Part shown: in pieces, positions 57,428 through 64,000 of the stretch
How positions within the stretch are numbered: position 1 is the stretch's first letter
Layout of the letters: each line of letters begins with the position of its first letter
Made by a program: the position numbers and the translations under genes
Assembly: GCA_944386385.1 (NCBI GenBank)
Contig: CALXAV010000005.1
Span: 1,914 to 65,913, forward strand
Reading direction: 5' to 3'
Source: an uncultured Clostridia bacterium
Lineage (GTDB): Bacteria; Bacillota; Clostridia; TANB77; CAG-508
DNA: 64,000 bases
Notes under the pieces: generated by a model
Told to the model about the DNA's origin: nothing
The model's database searches: none
The model's input: only the letters and a program-made list of their open reading frames with translations

Positions 57428-58123
57428 ATGAGAGAATACGATGAAAATGGATTTGATGAAAAAGGATTTGACAAAAAAGGAATACATAGAGAAACAGGAA
57501 CAAAATTTGATCCTTATGGTTATGATAAAGATGGATTTGATGAAAATGGCTTTAATATGTGGCTTGTAGACAGAGAAGGATTTGGAATTGATGGATATGA
57601 TTACCAAGGTTTTGATAGGAACGGAATACATAAGGAAACAGGGACAAGATTTGCCCCTGATGGATATGATAGAGATGGGTTTGACAAAGATGGATACGAT
57701 ATAGGTGGATTTGACAAAGATGGATATGGCAGAGGTGGATATGACAGAGAAGGATATGACAGAGAAGGATTCAATATAGATGGAATTAATAGAGAAACAG
57801 GAAATGAATATGATGTAGATGGCTATGATGAATATGGATTTAATGAAGAAGGAATACATAAAGAAACAGGAACAAGATTTGCCCCTGATGGTTATGATAT
57901 ATATGAATTTGATGAAAAGGGTATTAATAAACATACAGGGACAGAGGTTAATGAAGAAGGTTTTTCATTAGAAGATTTGAAAAAAATGTATGGAATGACA
58001 AGTTTGGCTGCTAAAGAATCTAAACTAGAAGAGTTAGAAGAAGAAGCACAGAAAATTTCAGAAGCAGAGAAGCTTGTAGAGCAAAGAGAAGGCAAATCTG
58101 AAGAAAAAAGTAAAGATGAATAA
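57428..58123 (+). CDS. Tandem-repeat protein rich in G(F/Y)D motifs with a coiled-coil acidic tail
   Basis: About five ~35-40-aa repeats (GIHKETGTRFAPDGYDRDGFDKDGYD...). No family recognised. Confidence 0.6.
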   Translation: MREYDENGFDEKGFDKKGIHRETGTKFDPYGYDKDGFDENGFNMWLVDREGFGIDGYDYQGFDRNGIHKETGTRFAPDGYDRDGFDKDGYDIGGFDKDGYGRGGYDREGYDREGFNIDGINRETGNEYDVDGYDEYGFNEEGIHKETGTRFAPDGYDIYEFDEKGINKHTGTEVNEEGFSLEDLKKMYGMTSLAAKESKLEELEEEAQKISEAEKLVEQREGKSEEKSKDE

Positions 58124-58133
58124 GGAGAAACAT

Positions 58134-58514
58134 ATGAAAAATAGTGAGGAGAAACATCTAATAGATGTAAAAGAAGAAAGTATATTTCATAAAATAAAAA
58201 TATTTTTTATAAATTTGTTTAAAAAGCAGGAAAAAGATAGTGGTGTAGAAGAGAGAATAAGAAGTGTTGTAAGTAATGATAGGCAAAAAGATAATTTTAT
58301 AAATTCAGTTAAAAAGGTTGAAGATGAAGAAACTAAATTATTAAAACTTCAAAAACAATATCGTAATGGAGAAATAAAAGAAGAAGACATGACAAGTAAG
58401 CAAGTTAAAGCTCTATGTGATTTATATGATAAGCAAATAGCAGAATTAGAAAAGTCAAATGCTATGAGAAAGCAAAAACTTTTAGAATACAGAAAAAATA
58501 TGAAAACTGCTTAA
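58134..58514 (+). CDS. Coiled-coil hypothetical protein
   Basis: ATG at 58134 follows AAGGAG. K/E-rich. Confidence 0.5.
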   Translation: MKNSEEKHLIDVKEESIFHKIKIFFINLFKKQEKDSGVEERIRSVVSNDRQKDNFINSVKKVEDEETKLLKLQKQYRNGEIKEEDMTSKQVKALCDLYDKQIAELEKSNAMRKQKLLEYRKNMKTA

Positions 58515-58567
58515 AAAGTGCATCTCGAAAGAGGTGTATTTTTTTGTGTGAATTTTTATAAAAACTA

Positions 58568-58624
58568 TTGACAATTGAGTAAATACTCAACTATAATATA
58601 AGTAACAGTTGAACAATTATTCAA
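58568..58624 (+). promoter_or_regulatory. Promoter with two ArsR/SmtB-type inverted-repeat operators
   Basis: TTGACA (58568-58573) and TATAAT (58592-58597). TTGAGTA-AA-TACTCAA (58575-58590) fills the spacer. A second repeat, TTGAA-CAATTA-TTCAA, lies at 58609-58624. Confidence 0.65.
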
Positions 58625-58662
58625 TTATTAACATATAATTGATTAGAAAGGAGAAAAAAGAT

Positions 58663-59022
58663 ATGTCAAAAAATGAGTTTATATGTGATTGTAATATAAT
58701 CCATGAAGATATTGTAAAAGATACATTAAGTAAAATGCCAAAAGATGATTTATTTAATAAATTAGCAGAATTTTTTAAGATTTTAGGTGATACAACAAGA
58801 GCAAAAATATTATTTGCATTAGACCAAAATGAAATGTGTGTATGTGATATTGCAAATGTATTAGGTATGAGTAAATCATCTATATCACATCAACTTGGAA
58901 CATTAAGAAGAATGAGTATCGTAAAATGTAGAAGACAGGGAAAAGAAGTATATTATACAATTGATGATGACCATGTAAAAGGGTTATTCGAACTAGGAAT
59001 TGAACATATAGAACATAAATAG
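58663..59022 (+). CDS. ArsR/SmtB-family metalloregulator (CadC-like)
   Basis: N-terminal CDC, ELCVCD-like MCVCDI and HTH (SKSSISHQLGTLR). ATG at 58663 follows AAGGAGAAA. Confidence 0.85.
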   Translation: MSKNEFICDCNIIHEDIVKDTLSKMPKDDLFNKLAEFFKILGDTTRAKILFALDQNEMCVCDIANVLGMSKSSISHQLGTLRRMSIVKCRRQGKEVYYTIDDDHVKGLFELGIEHIEHK

Positions 59023-59034
59023 GAAGGTGATTTT

Positions 59035-59253
59035 ATGAAAAAAAGTTTTAAACTAAAAGGGTTAGACTGTGCAAATTGTGCAACTAAGATAGAAGAACAT
59101 GTAAAAAAAGTAGATGGAGTAGAAAATGCATCTGTTAGTTTTATGACACAGAAAATGACTGTAGAAACTAGTAGTGACGATGAAGAAATATTTAAGAAAA
59201 TAAAAAAGGTAGTAAAAAGAGAAGAACCAGATGTTAAGGTAGAGGAAATTTAA
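59035..59253 (+). CDS. Heavy-metal-associated (HMA) domain protein / metallochaperone
   Basis: GLDCANCATKIE (CxxC) with a ferredoxin-like fold length. Confidence 0.8.
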   Translation: MKKSFKLKGLDCANCATKIEEHVKKVDGVENASVSFMTQKMTVETSSDDEEIFKKIKKVVKREEPDVKVEEI

Positions 59254-59263
59254 GGAGGATACT

Positions 59264-61105
59264 ATGAAGAAGAGTTTAATACAAATAATAATTTCATTTA
59301 TTCTATTCTTAGTAGCAATGGCCGTTCCTTTTGAAAACGATTTAATAAATAAAGGACTTTATATAATTGCTTATTTAATAGTCGGTCTAGAAATTGTATG
59401 GAAGGCAATCAGGAATATATTTAGAGGAAGAGTATTTGATGAACATTTCTTAATGGCAGTAGCAACAATAGGTGCTTTTGTTATTGGAGAATTCCCAGAA
59501 GCTGTTGCTGTTATGTTATTTTATCAAGTAGGAGAATTATTCCAAGATTATGCAGTTGATAAATCAAGAAAATCAATTACAAGCCTTATGGATATAAGGC
59601 CAGATATAGCTTTTGTTAAACGTAATGGAAAAATAGAAAAGATATCCCCAGAAGATGTAAAAATTGGGGAAAACATAGTTGTGAAACCAGGTGAAAAGAT
59701 ACCTTTAGATGGGATTATAGTAGAAGGTAGTTCAATGGTAGATACATCAGCATTAACAGGAGAATCAGTTCCTAAAGAAGTAACTGTTGGAGATGAAGTA
59801 CTAGGTGGTTGTATTAACGAAAATGGATTACTTACTATAAAAGTAGAAAAAGAATTTGGAGAATCTACTGTAAGCAAAATATTAGACTTAGTAGAAAATG
59901 CAAGTAGTAAAAAATCTAAATCAGAAAACTTTATAACTAAATTTGCAAAATATTATACACCAATTGTAGTTATAATAGCAGTACTTCTTGCAATTATCCC
60001 ACCATTTGTACTAAACTTAGGAGAATTTACAGAATGGCTTTATCGTGCATTAACATTCTTAGTTGTGTCTTGCCCTTGTGCTTTAGTAATATCAATACCA
60101 CTAGGATTCTTTGGAGGAATTGGAGGAGCATCTAAAACAGGAATTTTAGTTAAAGGAAGTAATTATTTGGAAGCTTTAGCAAATACAGAGATAGTTGTTT
60201 TTGATAAGACAGGTACATTAACAGAAGGTGTATTTGAAGTACAAAAAGTAGAAGCAAATGGAATATCTAAAGAAGAATTATTAAAATATGCAGCATATGC
60301 AGAAAGTAATTCAAATCACCCAATTTCAATATCACTAAAAAAAGCATATAACAAAGAAATAAATCAAAGCAGTATTTTAAATACAGAGGAGATAGCAGGA
60401 AGAGGAGTATCTTCAAATGTAGAGGGAAGAGAAGTTCTGATTGGAAATGATAAGTTAATGAAAGAGAAGAATATCTCTTATATTCCTTGTAATGAAATAG
60501 GAACAATTCTTTATGTTGCAATTGATAACAAATATGCAGGATATATATTAATTGCAGATAAAATAAAAGAAGACACTTTTAAAGCTATAAAAACATTAAA
60601 GAAAAATAATATAAAAGAAACCGTAATGCTCACAGGAGACAAAAAAGAAGTGGGAGAAAAGGTAGCAAATGAATTAGGTTTAGATAAGGTATATACAGAA
60701 TTATTACCAGATGGAAAAGTTGAAAAAGTAGAAGAATTAATGAAAGATAAATCTGAAAAAGGAAAGTTAGTATTTGTAGGTGATGGTATAAATGATGCTC
60801 CAGTATTAGCACTTTCAGATATAGGAATTGCAATGGGAGGACTAGGCTCAGATGCAGCAATAGAAGCAGCAGATGTAGTTATCATGACAGATGAACCATC
60901 AAAAATAGGTACTGCAATCAAGATTTCTAAAAAGACCATGAAAATAGTAAGACAAAATATAGTATTTGCAATAGCTGTTAAAGTATTAGTTTTAATTTTA
61001 ACAGCATTTGGAATAGGGACTATGTGGGAAGCTGTTTTTGCAGATGTAGGTGTTTCAGTACTTGCAATAATAAATTCATTAAGAGCTCTAAGTGTTAAAA
61101 AATAG
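59264..61105 (+). CDS. cadA: P1B-type heavy-metal (Cd/Zn/Co-type) translocating ATPase
   Basis: CPC motif (SCPCALVIS), DKTGTLT, GDGINDAP. Lacks a fused N-terminal HMA domain. Confidence 0.9.
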   Translation: MKKSLIQIIISFILFLVAMAVPFENDLINKGLYIIAYLIVGLEIVWKAIRNIFRGRVFDEHFLMAVATIGAFVIGEFPEAVAVMLFYQVGELFQDYAVDKSRKSITSLMDIRPDIAFVKRNGKIEKISPEDVKIGENIVVKPGEKIPLDGIIVEGSSMVDTSALTGESVPKEVTVGDEVLGGCINENGLLTIKVEKEFGESTVSKILDLVENASSKKSKSENFITKFAKYYTPIVVIIAVLLAIIPPFVLNLGEFTEWLYRALTFLVVSCPCALVISIPLGFFGGIGGASKTGILVKGSNYLEALANTEIVVFDKTGTLTEGVFEVQKVEANGISKEELLKYAAYAESNSNHPISISLKKAYNKEINQSSILNTEEIAGRGVSSNVEGREVLIGNDKLMKEKNISYIPCNEIGTILYVAIDNKYAGYILIADKIKEDTFKAIKTLKKNNIKETVMLTGDKKEVGEKVANELGLDKVYTELLPDGKVEKVEELMKDKSEKGKLVFVGDGINDAPVLALSDIGIAMGGLGSDAAIEAADVVIMTDEPSKIGTAIKISKKTMKIVRQNIVFAIAVKVLVLILTAFGIGTMWEAVFADVGVSVLAIINSLRALSVKK

Positions 61106-61382
61106 AATTATAGTTATATATCAATTATAATTAATTTAGTTGATATATAACTATTTTTATATATTAAAATAAAAATTATATAAAAATTTAAAGCTATAAA
61201 AAGCAAAAGATAGATATATAAATATGATATGTTTTATTTCACATATCATACTATATATTTTTTTAGTTCTATAATTATTAAGATAATTTTAGTTACATTG
61301 TTTTGTCTAATATAGATAAATAAATTTTACTTATCTATTATTACTCATTTTAAATTGATTACATCATTATGTATATAAATGA

Positions 61383-62651
61383 TCAATATATTGTCACTCT
61401 AAATCCGGCACAAAATAAATTATGCTCAAATGTGTAGGGATTATAACTACGATAACTAGCAAAAGTGTTTTTTCCAGAGTGATAAAAACCACCGCCTCTA
61501 ATTGAGCACGGATTATCGGGAAGCCCTGAATATTCTAAAGTCCATTCCCAAACATTTCCTGCTAAATCATAGATATTTTGTTTACAATTTTGGTTTGAAG
61601 CGCCAGTTGTACATAAAATAGAGTAATTGTCTTTATTAGTTGTTGACAATTTAGTGCCATTTTGTACACATTCATTTAAATTATCGGTATAAGTATACCA
61701 TGTATCTAAGGTGTTTATTTGTGCGTATTTTCCATTATTTAAAGTAAATGTAGAATCATAATAATTTCCCCAACTTGTACTATTTTCCATTAAATTTTTT
61801 TGAGCTGTATCTGATTCAGAAATATTCCACTGTGCGTTTTTTTCCAAATAAACTAAAACTAAGTCCCACTGAACTCCAAACATTATATTACTTGAATATC
61901 CTTTTATATTATATTTTTTAGCAATTTCTTCTGCTTCTTTACAATATACATATGTTAGTGGATATAGTCCTTTTTGTGATAATGGCATTAAATTGGATAT
62001 ATTTGTATGTGTGGTTCTTTTTTCTAAAGCCCCTATTTCATATCGACTTATCCAAAATCCAGCATTTAGGTAAACACTTTTTAACATATTTTTCTTTAAG
62101 GAATTATATTCTGCTTCAGACAGTCCCGTAGTTTCGTATGAGTAGTACACATCATTATAATTTGTTTCATTACGGTATAAATAGGTATAAGTATGTAAGT
62201 CATTTTCTATTTTTTCATAATCGCTATTAGTGAAATCAACTATATTTGTTCCAGCGGTAGGATATACTTCTGCTGTTCTTGGAACTTCTATCCATACATA
62301 TTCATTTTCGTTAGAATCTATTATTACTAATCCAGTTTTTAGTGTGTTTTCTCCATCTACTTGTGAGACGGCAAATCCAGGTGGTATTATTATTGTTTTT
62401 TCTTCTCCAGTACTATTATCTATATATGTTGTATTTTCTAAATTTGTTGCAGCTTCTAATGCTGTTAACCTTCTTAGTTCGTCTTCTTTTGATTGTTCAG
62501 TTTCTTTTTTGGCTCTTTGTGCTTGTGTTAATATTCCATTTTCTCCTGTTAGCATTGCAATTGAAACTCCAGCTAAAATTAGTAGAACAATTATAGTTAT
62601 CACTAATGCAATTAATGTAATTCCTCTATTTTTTTCTTTTGAATAATTCAT
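61383..62651 (-). CDS. Prepilin-type N-terminal domain protein with an FGE-sulfatase (SUMF1-like) domain
   Basis: RGITLIALVITIIVLLILAGVSIAMLTGENGILTQAQRAKKE... then NIYDLAGNVWEWT...IRGGGFYHSG...AGFRV. Confidence 0.75.
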   Translation of the reverse strand: MNYSKEKNRGITLIALVITIIVLLILAGVSIAMLTGENGILTQAQRAKKETEQSKEDELRRLTALEAATNLENTTYIDNSTGEEKTIIIPPGFAVSQVDGENTLKTGLVIIDSNENEYVWIEVPRTAEVYPTAGTNIVDFTNSDYEKIENDLHTYTYLYRNETNYNDVYYSYETTGLSEAEYNSLKKNMLKSVYLNAGFWISRYEIGALEKRTTHTNISNLMPLSQKGLYPLTYVYCKEAEEIAKKYNIKGYSSNIMFGVQWDLVLVYLEKNAQWNISESDTAQKNLMENSTSWGNYYDSTFTLNNGKYAQINTLDTWYTYTDNLNECVQNGTKLSTTNKDNYSILCTTGASNQNCKQNIYDLAGNVWEWTLEYSGLPDNPCSIRGGGFYHSGKNTFASYRSYNPYTFEHNLFCAGFRVTIY

Positions 62652-62844
62652 TTTATCAAATCCTTTCTTTTAAAAAACTAGTTTGGCAAATTGAAGTACT
62701 TCTAGTATAACATAACAAAAACTTCAATGCAACAAACTAGTTCGATAAATTGAAAATATTTTCTGTTTTTTCAATTAGCCAAAGTATTAAGGATAAGCAT
62801 TTATATATAATTTCATTAGAATTTAGATGTTTTGGAGGCAAAGA

Positions 62845-63081
62845 ATGAAATTATCAGATGCTATTAGAAAAAGAATAGAATATTATTTAGAAGAAAAAAA
62901 TATGAATGTTTGGAAATTATGTAAGATGTCAGGAATACCATGTTCGACTATTTCGACTTTTATGAGCGGAAAAACGGAATTATTAAAAATAGATACTTTA
63001 CTTCATATTTGTGAAGGCTTTAATATAACCTTAAGAGAATTTTTTTCAGATGAAATGTTTGACACGGCAGAACAAGACTAA
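62845..63081 (+). CDS. XRE-like HTH regulator, divergent from 61383-62651
   Basis: ATG at 62845 follows GGAGGCAAAG. IRKRIEYYLEEKNMNVWKLCKMSGIPCSTISTFMSGK. Confidence 0.75.
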   Translation: MKLSDAIRKRIEYYLEEKNMNVWKLCKMSGIPCSTISTFMSGKTELLKIDTLLHICEGFNITLREFFSDEMFDTAEQD

Positions 63082-63269
63082 ATTTATTTGTAAAACTTTA
63101 TATAAATATTGACACTATAATTAAAATTTGATATATTAGAGATCGATGAAGTGACTCCTTCAAGTTGGGTGCATAAATTAGTATTTTGTATACAACTAAA
63201 TATTAGTTTATGCACCTGACTATTACATAATATGTTAGGGGCAAATATACGAAAGAAGGGGGACATCCT

Positions 63270-63434
63270 ATGGAGAAATACCTAGGTATCGGTTTTGTTA
63301 TACTTTGCGTAGCAGTATTAGTAGGCATAATCGGAGTTGTAGGATACCAATTCTATGCAAGCAAAGAAAAAGTTGATATTAGTCCTGCGAAAACTAATAT
63401 CAACAACAATTCTGATACTTCATCTAATGAGTAA
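63270..63434 (+). CDS. 54-aa single-TM small protein
   Basis: RBS GAAGGGGGA. MEKYLGIGFVILCVAVLVGIIGVVGYQFYASKEK... Not in the track (under 60 aa). Followed by hairpin AAGGC...GCCTT plus a T run. Confidence 0.5.
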   Translation: MEKYLGIGFVILCVAVLVGIIGVVGYQFYASKEKVDISPAKTNINNNSDTSSNE

Positions 63435-63559
63435 GGCATCTAGCCTTGCTCTTTTTATATTATATGTTTTTAAAACATTTAATATTTATCTTACAAATTA
63501 ATTATAATATTTTTAAATATAAAAGTCAATATTTATTAATAATTTTATAAAATACTTCT

Positions 63560-63590
63560 GATGTTTTTTGACCCCGTCCCAAAAAACATC
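63560..63590 (-). repeat. GGACGGG-loop hairpin, copy C, 3 nt after the pflA stop
   Basis: GATGTTTTTT-GACCCCGTCCC-AAAAAACATC with a perfect 10-bp stem. In pflA mRNA sense the loop reads GGGACGGGGUC. Confidence 0.8.
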
Positions 63591-63592
63591 TA

Positions 63593-64000
63593 TTAATTAA
63601 TACCTAAAATTTCTTTTGCTCTTTTAACATCATTATTATCTGCTTGTCTAACGCCTTCTAAAGGATAAGTTAAACCAAGCTCTTTCCACTTAAATTCTCC
63701 GACATTATGATATGGTAAAATTTCTACCCTTTCTACAGTTTTAAGAGAATTAATGAAATCTTTTAGTTTTAATAAATCTTGTTCATCATCTGTATATCCT
63801 GGAACTAATACTTGTCTAATCCATATAGGAATGTTATTATCACTTAAATATCTAGCGAAGTTAAGTTCTAACTTATTTGATCTTCCAACTAAGTCTTTAC
63901 ACTTTTCGTCATCAATATGTTTGATGTCTAATAAAAATAAATCAGTTATATCTATTAGTTTTTTAATATCATCAGTTAGTGCGACCATACCTGAAGTATC
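63593..64000 (-). CDS. pflA: Pyruvate formate-lyase activating enzyme, C-terminal part (5' end beyond the window)
   Basis: ...LLDIKHIDDEKCKDLVGRSNKLELNFARYLSDNNIPIWIRQVLVPGYTDDEQDL...EILPYH..G..KW. The frame stays open to the window edge. Confidence 0.85.
   Translation of the reverse strand, partial: DTSGMVALTDDIKKLIDITDLFLLDIKHIDDEKCKDLVGRSNKLELNFARYLSDNNIPIWIRQVLVPGYTDDEQDLLKLKDFINSLKTVERVEILPYHNVGEFKWKELGLTYPLEGVRQADNNDVKRAKEILGIN

Noticed and set aside
57401-57934. 177-aa minus-strand ORF
   Set aside because: It is antisense to the G(F/Y)D repeat gene. Its I/F/S-rich repeat translation mirrors the sense-strand repeats, and the sense ORF has the RBS and plausible composition.
62230-62646. 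Plus-strand ORFs (84-138 aa) inside 61383-62651
   Set aside because: They are antisense to the confidently assigned pilin-FGE gene, with no RBS and low-complexity translation.
4306-63590. CRISPR array or other regularly spaced repeat cluster
   Set aside because: The only recurring short repeats (GGACGGG hairpins) are kilobases apart at gene ends, not in a repeat-spacer array. No cas genes were seen.

Overview
Low-GC (about 25-30% by eye) Firmicutes/Clostridia-like chromosomal segment. It is mostly + strand housekeeping genes: the mfd 3' part, TrmH/TrmL methyltransferases, an Rpn-family nuclease, smc, a Ca2+ P-type ATPase, rpsF-ssb-rpsR, a GGDEF protein, a radical SAM protein, rel, a cwlD-like amidase, a 2709-aa glucan-synthase/phosphorylase-like giant, ruvA, rarA, a split TSUP permease, an ECF sigma/anti-sigma pair, two pseudouridine synthases, an arsR/cadC-HMA-cadA operon and the pflA 3' part. 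I saw no rRNA, tRNA, CRISPR array or clear prophage/IS.

The stand-out is a sharply bounded ~690-bp island of ~50% GC at 35.16-35.86 kb. It starts just after a consensus sigma-A promoter, is unusually dense in stable hairpins (G.U pairs favour the + strand), and ends in a strong hairpin. It also carries a 198-codon open frame with coding-like periodicity. I read it as a candidate large structured or dual-function RNA, or a very recent foreign gene cassette, and cannot place it in a known family from memory.

Other observations:
- A well-formed candidate type I toxin-antitoxin locus at 12.7-13.0 kb.
- Three intact divergent pairs (plus one decayed) of an XRE regulator and a pilin-like-N-terminus surface protein.
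- A five-copy family of stop-codon-proximal hairpins with a GGGACGGG(G/C) loop.
- Two frameshifts that both fall at GGTACC.
- A second hairpin-dense non-coding spacer at 40.5-41.0 kb.
- 28-bp direct repeats bracketing an AAA-ATPase gene.
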